From an uncultured Spirochaetota bacterium (GTDB taxonomy: Bacteria; Spirochaetota; Spirochaetia; SZUA-6; Fen-1364), in assembly GCA_963734545.1 (NCBI GenBank), contig CAVTHO010000005.1, forward strand, positions 640,001 to 704,000: a stretch of DNA of 64,000 bases, read 5' to 3'. The translations under genes and the position numbers were made by a program. Every line of letters begins with the position of its first letter. Position 1 is the first letter of the stretch. Below, piece after piece: positions 9,904 to 20,323 of the stretch. Below the pieces are notes generated by a model. That model was not told the DNA's origin, did no database searches, and worked only from the letters and a program-made list of their open reading frames with translations.

Positions 9904-11357
9904 ATGGAAAAGAAGGCCGATTTCGGACTGATAGGGCTCGCCGTCATGGGAGCGAACCTCGTGCTCAACATCAATGACCACGGATATTCGGTCATCGTGT
10001 TCAACAGGACCGTGTCCAGGGTCGACGAGTTCCTGCAGCAGGCCGCGCGAGGACGGAAGACCATCCATGGCGCACACACGATGGAGGAGTTTATCGCCGG
10101 CCTGCAGCGGCCGAGAAAGATCATGCTTCTCGTCAAGGCAGGCGAGGCGGTGGACCAGACCATCGAGCAGATTCTTCCCCACCTGGAGCCGGGGGATCTC
10201 ATCATCGACGCCGGCAACTCCCACTTTCCGGACACCATCCGGCGAACAAGGTACCTGGCGGACAAGGGACTTCTTTTCATCGGCACCGGCGTGTCCGGGG
10301 GGAGGAGGGAGCGCGCAGGGGACCTTCGATCATGCCCGGGGGCAACCCGAAGGCGTGGCCCCTGGTGAAGGAGATCCTCCAGGCTGTCGCTGCCCGGGTG
10401 GACGGCATTCCCTGTTGTGACTGGGTGGGAGAGGACGGCGCGGGCCACTACGTGAAAATGGTCCACAATGGGATCGAGTACGGCGACATGCAGCTCATCT
10501 GCGAGGCCTACCAATGCATGAAGGACGGGCTGGGCATGGGACATGACGAGATGCACGAGGTCTTCGCCGACTGGAACAAGGGGGAGCTGGACAGTTACCT
10601 CATCGAGATCACGAGCAGGATCCTTGCCTTCCGGGATGAGCGCGGCGAGCCGCTTGTGGAGAAGATCCTCGACACCGCCGGACAGAAAGGCACCGGAAAA
10701 TGGACGAGCGTCAATGCGCTCGACCTGGGCATCCCGGTGACCCTGATCGGTGAGGCCGTTTTTGCCCGCTGTCTCTCCGCGATGAAAGACGAACGCGTCA
10801 TCGCGTCCAGGTCCCTGCCGGGGCCGTCGGGGAGATTCCCCGGCGCGCGGAAAGAAGCCGTCGAGGACATCCGCAAGGCGCTCTATGCATCGAAGATCGT
10901 CTCGTACGCGCAGGGCTACATGCTGATGCGGGAAGCGGCGAAGGAATATCACTGGAACCTGAACTACGGAGGGATCGCGCTCATGTGGCGGGGGGGGTGC
11001 ATCATCCGGAGCGCCTTTCTGGGAAAGATAAAGGAGGCGTTCGATCGCAACCCGAACCTCACGAACCTTCTCCTCGACCCCTATTTCCGGAAGGCAATCG
11101 AGGACTGCCAGGAATCGTGGCGCCGGACCGCTGCGCGAGCGATCGAAGGGGGAATTCCGATTCCCGCGTTTTCCACCGCGCTCAGCTTCTACGACGGCTA
11201 CAGGTGCGGCCGGCTCCCGGCCAACCTGCTTCAGGCGCAGCGTGACTTCTTCGGCGCGCACACCTACGAGAGGGTCGACACGCCGCGGGGAAAATTCTTC
11301 CACACGAACTGGACGGGAGAGGGGATGGATGTCGCATCGGGGCAATACAACGCCTGA
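9904..11357 (+). CDS. gnd: 6-phosphogluconate dehydrogenase (decarboxylating); frameshift near 10300
   Basis: GLAVMG, FNRT, GVSGG (ORF 9874..10368); [30 protein letters not shown] (ORF 10332..11357). Confidence 0.95.
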
Positions 11358-11387
11358 GAGCGCGCGCCGCACGCCGAGGCAGCGGGC

Positions 11388-12161
11388 GTGAAGGAGATTC
11401 GCCGCATCCGCCTGCAGTACCGGGCGACGGACACGCACTGCGAGATCCCTCTGGGAGACGAATCCGGCACGGCACCCGGCCGGCACGCCATCATTTCACT
11501 CGCCCGCGCGGGCGACATGTCGATCTTGCGCCGTCGGGACCTGCCGTGGAGGACCCGCCTCTTCTCGTCGCTGGGGCTCGCGGAAGAGCGCGTCTTCGGC
11601 CTGCGGCAGGTGCATTCACAGGAAGTTGTCGTCGTGCACGAGCAGCAGCCGGAGGCCTTTGCCGGCACAGAGGCCGACGGCATGATCACGGACCGCCCGG
11701 ATGCCGTGCTCTCCGCCACCGTCGCCGACTGCCTGCCCATTTTCCTCCTCGACAAGGGCAGCGGCGCTTTCGGCCTCGTGCATTCAGGCTGGAAGGGCAC
11801 CGGCATCGTGGTCAAAGCGCTGCGGGCAATGGGCGACAGATACGGGACGCACCCGCCCGACGTCGCGGCGACGATCGGCCCCGGCATCGGACCCTGCTGT
11901 TACCGGGTCCCGGAGGAAAGGGCCGCGCTCTTTGCCCGGCAGTTCGGCGCGGCGACGGTTGTGCGCGGCCGGGACGGCACGCCGCGCCTGGACTTGCGAG
12001 AGGCGAACATCGCATTGCTCCGTGATGCCGGAGTGGAGACGATGACAGTCGTGGACGACTGCACGAGCTGCTCGGAGGCCCTCGGCTCTTTCCGGCGCCA
12101 GGGGCCCGAGGGCTACTGCTTGATGCTTGCGTGCATAGGCCGCTGGGGGAGGGGAACATGA
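11388..12161 (+). CDS. pgeF: YfiH/PgeF (laccase-domain, purine nucleoside phosphorylase-like) protein
   Basis: QVHS, ADG, VADCLP, HSGWKG, GPGIGPCCY; start uncertain. Confidence 0.88.
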   Translation: MKEIRRIRLQYRATDTHCEIPLGDESGTAPGRHAIISLARAGDMSILRRRDLPWRTRLFSSLGLAEERVFGLRQVHSQEVVVVHEQQPEAFAGTEADGMITDRPDAVLSATVADCLPIFLLDKGSGAFGLVHSGWKGTGIVVKALRAMGDRYGTHPPDVAATIGPGIGPCCYRVPEERAALFARQFGAATVVRGRDGTPRLDLREANIALLRDAGVETMTVVDDCTSCSEALGSFRRQGPEGYCLMLACIGRWGRGT

Positions 12162-12574
12162 TCTACCAGAGGGAATTCGCGATGCAGACCGCGGGACATC
12201 GGGACATGAAGGACATCGGCGCGGAAGTGGAACGGCTCGTGGCAGGCTCGGGCATTGCCACGGGAACGGCGCACGTCTTTGTCGTGGGCAGCACGGCAGC
12301 GGTGGGGGCCATCGAGCTGGAGCCGGGACTGGCCGGAGATCTGCCCGAGCTGCTCGACCGCCTGGTTCCCCCCAGCCGCTCCTACGGCCACGAGCAGGCC
12401 TGGCATGACGGCAATGGCCACTCGCACCTGCAGGCCACGTGGCTGGGTCCGTCCATCACGGTGCCCGTCTCCGACGGCAGGCTCTCCCTCGGCCAGTGGC
12501 AGCAGCTCTTTCTCCTGGAATGCGACGTGAAGCCGCGCCGCAGGACCCTTGTCGTCACCATCATGGGGGAATAA
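12158..12574 (+). CDS. yjbQ: YjbQ/UPF0047 family protein
   Basis: GSTAA, NGHSH, LGQWQ. Confidence 0.88.
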   Translation: MIYQREFAMQTAGHRDMKDIGAEVERLVAGSGIATGTAHVFVVGSTAAVGAIELEPGLAGDLPELLDRLVPPSRSYGHEQAWHDGNGHSHLQATWLGPSITVPVSDGRLSLGQWQQLFLLECDVKPRRRTLVVTIMGE

Positions 12575-12639
12575 GGGCTCGGTGCCCGAGCAACCAGGGC
12601 TCGGTTCCCGAGCAGCCAGGGCTCAGAGCCCGAGCAGGA
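12574..12639. repeat. 3 x 22-bp tandem repeat, each unit a hairpin (GCTCGG..CCGAGC)
   Basis: Units at 12574, 12596 and 12618, between convergent genes. Confidence 0.85.
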
Positions 12640-13219
12640 GAGGGAGCTCCCGGAGAGTCGCCACCGTGAAGTCGGGGGCCGGCTGCATCGGCGGCGCGGC
12701 GCGCCCGTTGGTCAGAAACGCGGTGCGGGCGCCCGCCGCCCTTCCCGCCTCCATGTCGAATACGTAGTCGCCGACCATCAGCACTTCCCCCGGTGCCACG
12801 CCGAAGAGCTGCGCCGCGTGCAGGACGCCGTCCGGGTGAGGTTTGTGCCTGCCCGGGCTCTCGCGGGTGAGGATGAGGTCAAAATCAGTTTCCCGGCAGG
12901 TCGGAAAGTTCTTCATTGCTTCCCGGATCGAGCTCCGGCTGTTCCTGCTGAGTATTCCCCGGGGGACGCCTCTGCGTGACAGCAGCCCGATCAGCTCCTC
13001 CGCGCCGTCGTTGGGTACCGAGGCACGCGCCGCGGCCAGCTCGAACTCGTCCAGGGTCCGCTGCGCATCACGCCGCGCATCCTCGGTCGGAAGGGACTGG
13101 ATGAACTCGAGGATGAACGACTGCGGAGGACAGCCCAGGAGCCGCCGCAGCTCGCCGAAGTCGATAGCCTCGGGCCGGGTAAGGGTGCCGTCGAAATCGA
13201 ACAGGACGGCGCGGATCAC
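12623..13219 (-). CDS. HAD-superfamily phosphatase
   Basis: FDFDGTL, LSRN, KPHP, VGDYVFD. Confidence 0.9.
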   Translation of the reverse strand: MIRAVLFDFDGTLTRPEAIDFGELRRLLGCPPQSFILEFIQSLPTEDARRDAQRTLDEFELAAARASVPNDGAEELIGLLSRRGVPRGILSRNSRSSIREAMKNFPTCRETDFDLILTRESPGRHKPHPDGVLHAAQLFGVAPGEVLMVGDYVFDMEAGRAAGARTAFLTNGRAAPPMQPAPDFTVATLRELPLLLGL

Positions 13220-14385
13220 GGTCTGGTCTCCGTGGAGACTTCCCGCCTGAGCGCCTCGGCTTTGTCCGTCCTTTCCCAGGTGAAGTCGGGATCCTGCCTG
13301 CCGAAATGGCCGAACACGGCGGTCTTCCGGTAGATCGGCCGCCGGAGGTCAAGTGAAGCGATGATCTCCTTCGGCGTGAGGGGAAAATGTCTTCGCACGA
13401 GCGCCTCGAGCTCACGCTCGTCACGCACGCCGGTGCCGAACGTGTCGATGAATATGTTTGTCGGGCTGGGCTCTCCTATGACGTAGGAGAGCTGGATTTC
13501 GCACCGCCGCGCGAGGCCGGCCGCCACGAGATTCTTGGCGATCCAGCGCGCGGCGTAGGCGCCCGATCGGTCCACCTTGGAGGGGTCCTTTCCCGAAATG
13601 GCCCCGCCGCCGTTGCGGGCCATGCCTCCGTAGGTGTCCACGATGAGCTTTCTTCCCGTCACCCCGGTATCCGCCTCGGGGCCGCCCACCGTGAAGGTGC
13701 CTGCCGCATTGACGTATGTGCGCGTGTCCGAATCGTACAGCGCCCCGCAGACCGGCTTGATCACCTTGTCGAGGATTTCCTGGCGCAGCCGGCTCTCCAC
13801 GATGCTCCTGCCGTGCTGCTGGGCGATCACTACGGCGGCCAGGCGAACGGGCTTTCCGTCCCTGTACGTGAGAGTTGCCTGGCTCTTGCCGTCAGGCCCC
13901 AGGTCCGGGATGAGCTTCTCCCGTCGCACAACGGCCAGGCGCATGCAGAGCCGGTGCGCAATCATGATGGGGAGCGGCATCAGCTCGGGGGTCTCGTCGC
14001 ACGCGAAGCCGAACATCATGCCCTGGTCTCCGGCTCCCTGCGGCTTTCCCCGCGCGCCATCCACGCCCTCCGCGATCTCCCGGCTCTGCGCGTGGAGGGA
14101 AACCCACACGCCGGCGTCCTGGCAGTCGATACCGAACTCGGGGTTCGTGTAGCCGACCTCTTTCAGTATCTGTCGCGCGATGCCCTGCACATCGGCGAAC
14201 CCGGTGGTGGTGACCTCCCCCGCCACGTGGACGCTGCCGGTCGTCACCATGCACTCCACGGCAACGCGGGAATCAGGATCCTGCGCGATCAGGCAATCCA
14301 GCAGCGCGTCCGCGATCTGATCGCAGAGCTTGTCGGGGTGCCCCTCGTTCACTGACTCCGAGGTGAAATTGAAATCCTTCTGCAT
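13216..14385 (-). CDS. metK: S-adenosylmethionine synthetase
   Basis: FTSESVNEGHPDK, GAGDQG, DGKSQ, GKDPSKVDRS. Confidence 0.97.
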   Translation of the reverse strand: MQKDFNFTSESVNEGHPDKLCDQIADALLDCLIAQDPDSRVAVECMVTTGSVHVAGEVTTTGFADVQGIARQILKEVGYTNPEFGIDCQDAGVWVSLHAQSREIAEGVDGARGKPQGAGDQGMMFGFACDETPELMPLPIMIAHRLCMRLAVVRREKLIPDLGPDGKSQATLTYRDGKPVRLAAVVIAQQHGRSIVESRLRQEILDKVIKPVCGALYDSDTRTYVNAAGTFTVGGPEADTGVTGRKLIVDTYGGMARNGGGAISGKDPSKVDRSGAYAARWIAKNLVAAGLARRCEIQLSYVIGEPSPTNIFIDTFGTGVRDERELEALVRRHFPLTPKEIIASLDLRRPIYRKTAVFGHFGRQDPDFTWERTDKAEALRREVSTETRP

Positions 14386-14449
14386 CGGCGCTATATTCTC
14401 ACATTCGACGGAAAAGGTACCGTATGGTACAGGAAGGCGGGGAGCGAGC

Positions 14450-15121
14450 ATGCGCAAAGTCATGTTCATGACGGCTTTGCTCGCGGCGCTGGCCGCGGCA
14501 GCCGCGTTTGCCTTTGATCCCGGCGAGCTGAACAGGATCACATTCCAGAATTCAACGGGAACGAAAATCGAGACGATCTTTCTCTCCCCCTCCGACAGCG
14601 AGTACTGGGGACCTGACATCATGGGGGCCGATTTCGTGGTGAAGGACGGAGGGTCGCTCGGTTATTACATTCACTACCCCGAAAAGACATTCAATTTCGA
14701 CATCATGGCAACCGACGAGGCCGGGCACATGTTCGAGGTCTACGATTTCGTGGTAACGGACGGCAAGGAAGCAACGATCACCCTGACGCAGAAGAACCTG
14801 AACAGCAAGGCGCCGGAGTTCACCTTCGCCACCCTGAAAATCACCAACAATACCGACCACGAGATGCAATACCTCTTCATCTCTCCTGATGATTCGGACG
14901 CGTGGGGAGTGGACCTCCTGGACGAGGAGACGACGCTCGCCGCGGGAGACACGCACAGCGTCGTGATTCCCATCGGGAAGGACAAGGTCACCTACAATCT
15001 CATGGCCGCCGATGAGAACAACGATGAATACGTATTCGATCTGGCGATTGATCCGGCGAAGGGCAAGGATTTCAAGGCGGCCATCGACGCCGGGGATTTG
15101 AAGCCGGCGGAGGAAGAGTAG
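14450..15121 (+). CDS. Exported acidic protein with two tandem ~95-aa repeats
   Basis: Signal peptide MRKVMFMTALLAALAAAAAFA; repeated I.N.T......F.SP.DS..WG.D motif. Confidence 0.8.
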   Translation: MRKVMFMTALLAALAAAAAFAFDPGELNRITFQNSTGTKIETIFLSPSDSEYWGPDIMGADFVVKDGGSLGYYIHYPEKTFNFDIMATDEAGHMFEVYDFVVTDGKEATITLTQKNLNSKAPEFTFATLKITNNTDHEMQYLFISPDDSDAWGVDLLDEETTLAAGDTHSVVIPIGKDKVTYNLMAADENNDEYVFDLAIDPAKGKDFKAAIDAGDLKPAEEE

Positions 15122-15156
15122 CGTTTTCCGTCACTATACGCTACACTTCTGACGGC

Positions 15157-16623
15157 ATGCGTGCGGCTGTTTCCACCGAGCATGTTCCCGAAAAACTCCC
15201 CCTGTGGAAGCTCATCATCTTCGCCCTGGGCCAGCTCGGCTGGTCCCTCGCCTCCTACGGCGTGAGCAACCTCATCATGTACTTCTACATGCCTCCCGAG
15301 ACGGCGGCCGCCACGAGGATCTTCCCTCCCTTCATCTTCGAGGGGGCCATTCTCGGCGTCCTCACGATCATCGGCATCATCAATTTCGGCGCGCGCTTCT
15401 TCGACGCGGTCACCAATCCCATCCTCGCCTCCTGGTCGGACCGGTCCCGCTCCCGTCTGGGGCGGCGGCGGTTCTACATGGCGTTGAGCGCCGCTCCCTT
15501 TGCCGTGTTTTCCGTGCTCGTCTTCATTCCGCTCAGGCATTTCCAGCAGAACCCGAGCCCCTCGGCAAGCTGGATGAATATCGCGTGGCTCGCCGTCACG
15601 ATCCTCCTCTTCTACTTCTTTTTCGTGATGTACACGGCGCCGTACAATGCGCTCATCAGCGAGCTGGGCCACAATCCGAAGGAGCGCCTGGTCATCAGCA
15701 CGGTGATCGGGGTCACCTGGTCTCTGGGGTTCGCGGTAGGGAATTTCGTCTACGAATTCCAGGGAGCTTTCGAGCACGCCGGAATGGATTCCATCAGCGC
15801 GTTTCAGATCGTGGAGATCATCTTCGCCGGACTCGCCCTCGTGCTCATGCTGCTGCCGGTCTTCTTCCTGAACGAGCGCCGGTATGCCGCCTATTCCGTT
15901 TCGAAGGAGGGGACCTGGCAGGCGCTCAAGTCGTCGCTTTCCAACAGGAACTTCACGCGCTTCCTCGTGAGCGAGCTGCTCTACAATGTGTGCCAGACGA
16001 TCATCCAGATGGGCATCGTCTACTACGTGGTGACCCTCCTGGGGCTGGAGAAGGAGCTCACCTCCTTTCTCATGATTCTCATGTTCGTCTTTTCCTTTGT
16101 CTTCTACCCCTTCATCACGATGGCGGCGGTCAGGTGGGAAAAGAAGCGCGTGCTCATCTTCGGATTTGCGCTCCTTGCCGTGCTGTTCGTCGCGTTCTCC
16201 CTGATGGGCATCCTCCCCCTGCCCGGGCTGGTATTCGCCATCGTGGCGGTCGTGGTGGCCGCTGTCCCGATCGCTATCTTCACCATCGTCCCGAACGCCG
16301 TCGTGGCGGACATTGCGGAGGCGGACGGAATCGAGACGGGGAATTTCAAGGCGGGGATGTTCTTCGGCGTGAGGTCCTTCGAGAGCAACCTCGGAATTTC
16401 CATCGCGAACATCCTCTTTCCCTCGCTCCTGACCCTGGGCATGTCCGTGCAGCACCCTGTCGGCATCAGGATGAGCGCAATCGTCTCCGTCTTCATCTGC
16501 CTGGCCGGTATGGCGGTGTTCTTTCTCTACAGCGAGAGGGACGTCCTGAAAAGCCTCGCGAAGAAAGAGAAGCTCTCCGCGGCGGAGATGAAGACCATAG
16601 GGGAGGAAGCGGACGGACGCTGA
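15157..16623 (+). CDS. GPH/MFS (MelB-like) glycoside:cation symporter
   Basis: FDAVTNP...SDRSRSRLGRRR, PYNALISEL, AGMFFG; about 12 TM segments. Confidence 0.88.
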   Translation: MRAAVSTEHVPEKLPLWKLIIFALGQLGWSLASYGVSNLIMYFYMPPETAAATRIFPPFIFEGAILGVLTIIGIINFGARFFDAVTNPILASWSDRSRSRLGRRRFYMALSAAPFAVFSVLVFIPLRHFQQNPSPSASWMNIAWLAVTILLFYFFFVMYTAPYNALISELGHNPKERLVISTVIGVTWSLGFAVGNFVYEFQGAFEHAGMDSISAFQIVEIIFAGLALVLMLLPVFFLNERRYAAYSVSKEGTWQALKSSLSNRNFTRFLVSELLYNVCQTIIQMGIVYYVVTLLGLEKELTSFLMILMFVFSFVFYPFITMAAVRWEKKRVLIFGFALLAVLFVAFSLMGILPLPGLVFAIVAVVVAAVPIAIFTIVPNAVVADIAEADGIETGNFKAGMFFGVRSFESNLGISIANILFPSLLTLGMSVQHPVGIRMSAIVSVFICLAGMAVFFLYSERDVLKSLAKKEKLSAAEMKTIGEEADGR

Positions 16624-16630
16624 GCGAGCC

Positions 16631-17767
16631 TCAGGCGTTCGAGCGGATCTTCTGCCACGTCCCCGTCTCGCACGACAACTCGGCGCAATCCATCATGAGC
16701 TGGATCTCGATGCCCCGGGTGAGGGAAGGCTCGGGCTGCGCGCCCTGCGCGATGCCGCGCAGGAAATTGTAGAGGCAGTGGGTGTGGCCGCGCAGCCAGC
16801 CGGAGGTGGCGCGGGGAGAGGGGAAGACGGCGGGGTGAGGATAGCGCTGGACGGTCGCGATCCTCTTCCAGCCGCGCGTGCCGCCGAGGGGCGCCGGGGG
16901 ATCAGAGAGGGAATAGGCCTCCAGGAAGTCGGGCTGCATCAGATCGAATCTCAGCGCGCCCCGGCTCCCGTGGATCTCCACGCGAAGGTCGTCTTCCGCG
17001 CCGGTCGCTATCTTGGACGCCTCGAGGGTGCCGACGGCGCCGGCAGCGGTCCGCACGGTCATCACCACCTGGTCCTCGGCCTCCACGCTCTCCGTGCCGC
17101 CCCGGCCATCCGGCCTGCGCGGATAGAGGATGCGCTTCTCTGCGCGAATCTCGGTGAAGGGACCTGCCAGCCAATCCACGAGGTCGATCAGGTGGGAGCC
17201 GAGGTCCCGCAGGACGCCGCCGCCTTCCGCCTTCCGCAGCTTCCACTTCACCTGCGCGTCGGGGTCCACGCTCCCCGCGTGGAGGTAGACCCCGCGGAAG
17301 CCGAGCACCGTGCCGAGGTAGCCCTCATCGATGAGCTGCCGGGCCCGCTGGATGCCGGAGAAGAACCTGTTCTGAAACGTCATCTGGCCGATGCCCGTCC
17401 AGCCGTCCATGGCGCGTTTCACCGCCGCGGCTTCCTGCAGGGTCGCCGTCAGGGGCTTGTCGCAGTAGATATGCTTGCCGGCGCGCAGGGCGGCGCAGAG
17501 CTGGTCCGCGTGCAGCGTGTTCGGGGAGCAGATGTTGACGATCTGGACGTCCGGGCGCGCGATGAGCTCCCGCCAGTCCGCGGTGGCTGATGCAAACCCG
17601 CCATGCTGCCGTGCCGCCTCCGCGCTTTCCGCCCGCGAGGTTGCCACGCACACGAGGCGCGCCGTCACGGGCGCCGGATCGTAGAAGAACGGGATGCTGC
17701 GATAGGCGAACGCGTGGACCTTGCCGATGAAGCCGTAGCCGATGATGCCCACACCCAGCGCCGTCAT
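16631..17767 (-). CDS. Gfo/Idh/MocA family oxidoreductase
   Basis: GYGFIG, CDKP, GGGVLRDLGSH. Confidence 0.9.
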   Translation of the reverse strand: MTALGVGIIGYGFIGKVHAFAYRSIPFFYDPAPVTARLVCVATSRAESAEAARQHGGFASATADWRELIARPDVQIVNICSPNTLHADQLCAALRAGKHIYCDKPLTATLQEAAAVKRAMDGWTGIGQMTFQNRFFSGIQRARQLIDEGYLGTVLGFRGVYLHAGSVDPDAQVKWKLRKAEGGGVLRDLGSHLIDLVDWLAGPFTEIRAEKRILYPRRPDGRGGTESVEAEDQVVMTVRTAAGAVGTLEASKIATGAEDDLRVEIHGSRGALRFDLMQPDFLEAYSLSDPPAPLGGTRGWKRIATVQRYPHPAVFPSPRATSGWLRGHTHCLYNFLRGIAQGAQPEPSLTRGIEIQLMMDCAELSCETGTWQKIRSNA

Positions 17768-19316
17768 CTATACGCCCTCCAGGTAGGAGATGACCTCGGA
17801 GATCCGCACCGGCTTCGCGATGAACCCGTCGAATCCCTCCGCGAGGAACCGTTCCGCGTCGCCCTGCATTGCATAGGCGGTGAGGGCGACCATGGGCCCG
17901 CGCGCCCCCTTTTCCCGCAGCGCGCGCATGGCGTCGATGCCGTTCATGCCGGGGAGCTGGATGTCCATGAAGACGAGGTCATACGAGGGGCGCTCCGCGG
18001 CCCGGAGCGCCTCTTCTCCGCTGCCCGGCCAGCACGACCGTGCAGCCGAACGCCGTGAGTATCTTCTCCATCAGGGCGCGGTTGGCCGGGCTGTCGTCCA
18101 CCACGAGCGCCGTTTTTCCCGCCAGATCGGGGATTTCATCGGACACCGGGAGCCTTTGATCGGATGCCGGCGCGAGGACGGGCTCCGAGATTGCCGGCGC
18201 CCGGAGCCCCGGCAGGCGAACCGTGAACCGGCTCCCCTTTCCCACCTCGCTCGTGACCGAAACCGAGCCGCCGTGCAGCTCCACGAGACTCTTGACGATG
18301 GCCAGCCCCAGCCCCGTGCCCTCCCCGCGCCGCGCCAGGCGCGACTGGACGTAGGGATCGAAGATCCGGGCGAGGTCCCCGGCCGGAATGCCGATCCCCT
18401 CGTCCCAGACGGTGATCGACAATTCTCCGTCCTCCGCCTTCGCGTCCACCCCGATGCGTTTCTCCCGCTCGGTGAACTTGATGGCATTCGACAGCAGGTT
18501 GTAGAGGACCTGCTTGATCCGCACCTCGTCGGCGTCCAGCAGGCTGCGCTCCTCCGGCAGGGAGATTTCCACGCGCAGGTGCTTTTTCGCGGCGAGGGAA
18601 CGCACCGTGGTCAGCACCCGGCGGATGAGCGCGGACGGATCGAACGGCGACTTTTCCAGGTCCACCTTGCCGGCCTCCACCTTGGAGAGATCCAGGACGT
18701 CGTTCACCATGTTCAGGAGGTGCTCGCCGCCGTCACGGATCCACCGCAGATACTCGCGCTGCTTCGCCGTGAGGCTTTCGCCGCCCTGCAGCTCCAGGAG
18801 CTGGCTGAAACCGAGAATCGAGTTCAGCGGAGTACGCAGCTCGTGACTCATGTCCGCCAGGAACCGGCTCTTGGCCCTGTTTGCCGCTTCGGCGGTCGCC
18901 TTGGCCTGCCAGAGCAGCCCCTCCATGTTCTTCCTTTCGGTGATATCCTCCTTGATCGCCAGGTAGTGGGTGATGGCGCCGTCGGCATCATGAATCGCGG
19001 AGATTGCCGCCAGCTCCCAGTACAGCTCGCCATTCTTCTTCCGATTGCACAATTCCCCGCGCCATTCGCTGCCCCCCGCGATCGTCCGCCAGAGATTCGT
19101 GTACACCTCCGGCTGCTGCACCCCCGACTTGAGCAGCCGGGGATTCCTGCCGATGACCTCCTCCCGGGAGAAGCCGGTGAGCATAGAGAACTTGCGGTTC
19201 ACGTACTCGATGCTTCCCTGCGGATCGGTGATCATGACGGATGTGGGGCTTTCCTCCACGATGGCGACGAATATGCGCGGGTCAAGTCCGCGCCGCGCCT
19301 CGGCGTGCTCGTCCAT
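17768..19316 (-). CDS. Hybrid PAS-HisKA-HATPase-REC sensor kinase; frameshift near 18020
   Basis: PAS (ITDPQG..VN..TG.SREEVIGRNPR), SHELRTPL, NAIKFT; the receiver continues in ORF 17768..17968 (MDIQLP..AKP). Confidence 0.9.
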
Positions 19317-19320
19317 CGCG

Positions 19321-20313
19321 CTACCCGACGTCGATGGGCTCCGTGAGCGCGCTCTTGAGGAGCTTCACGGCGCCGAGGACGTCCCCGTAGTCGACCATCT
19401 CGGAAGGCATGTGCACGTAGCGCGCGGGGATGGAGACGCACCCGGCCGGAACGCCCCCGCGGGTGGTCTGGACGGCGCACGCGTCGGTGGTCCCGGCGGC
19501 GAGCACTTCGCGCTGGTAGGGGATGTCCGCCGCTTCCGCCGTGCGGATCAGCCAGTCCTTCACGCCCGCGTGGGCGAGCATGCCGCCGTCCTTGATCTTG
19601 ATTGCCGGGCCCGCCCCGAGCTCGACGGCCATGGGCGCGCACTCGGGGGTGTCTCCGGTAAGGGTGACGTCCACGGCGAGCGCGATCTCGGGCTCGACGC
19701 CGTATCCCGACGTCGTGGCGCCGCGCAGTCCCACCTCCTCCTGCACGGTGAAAACGAAGAACAGGTCGTGGGGCGATTTGTCCAGCTCCTTCAGGAGCTG
19801 CAGGAGCACCGCGCACCCGATCCTGTCGTCCATGGCCTTGGACACGATCCGTGTGCCGGCAGTCTCGCAGGTCCGCTGGAAGCACGCGACGTCGCCCACC
19901 TTCACCGGGCAGTCCGCGGGACCGCGCGCGCCCACGTCGATGTAGAACTTCTCCATGGGCGGAATCCGGGACGCGTCCTCGACCTTCTCCAGGCCGATGA
20001 CGCCGATGGTGCCATCGGCAAACCGCACCCTGCCGCCCATGAGGGGAAGCAGGCGCACGCCCCCGACGTTCCCGAAACGCAGGAAGCCCCTCTGGTCGAC
20101 GTGCGTGACCACCACGCCGATCTCGTCCATGTGGGCGGCCAGCATGACGCGGCGTCCGCCGCCCGTACCTTTCCTGTGCGCGATCAGGCTGCCCATGGCA
20201 TCCACGCGCGTCTCGATTCCCTTCGGGATTTCCGCCCGCACCAGCTCGCGCACGCCGGACTCGTAGCCGGAGGGGCCGAAGCATTCCGCCAGCTTCCTGA
20301 TGAGGTCGTGCAC
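19321..20313 (-). CDS. M42 (TET) metallo-aminopeptidase
   Basis: AAHMDE, MDDRIG, QEEVG, VDVT, RYVH. Confidence 0.93.
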   Translation of the reverse strand: MHDLIRKLAECFGPSGYESGVRELVRAEIPKGIETRVDAMGSLIAHRKGTGGGRRVMLAAHMDEIGVVVTHVDQRGFLRFGNVGGVRLLPLMGGRVRFADGTIGVIGLEKVEDASRIPPMEKFYIDVGARGPADCPVKVGDVACFQRTCETAGTRIVSKAMDDRIGCAVLLQLLKELDKSPHDLFFVFTVQEEVGLRGATTSGYGVEPEIALAVDVTLTGDTPECAPMAVELGAGPAIKIKDGGMLAHAGVKDWLIRTAEAADIPYQREVLAAGTTDACAVQTTRGGVPAGCVSIPARYVHMPSEMVDYGDVLGAVKLLKSALTEPIDVG

Positions 20314-20323
20314 GTGTCCCTCC

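Noticed and set aside
11388-14385. PgeF/YjbQ/HAD/MetK as a SAM/MTA salvage cluster
   Set aside because: The genes belong to two convergent operons and are common housekeeping genes, so adjacency alone is weak evidence.
13216-14622. N-terminally extended MetK
   Set aside because: The extension is antisense to the gene at 14450; homology starts at MQKDFNFTSES (14385).
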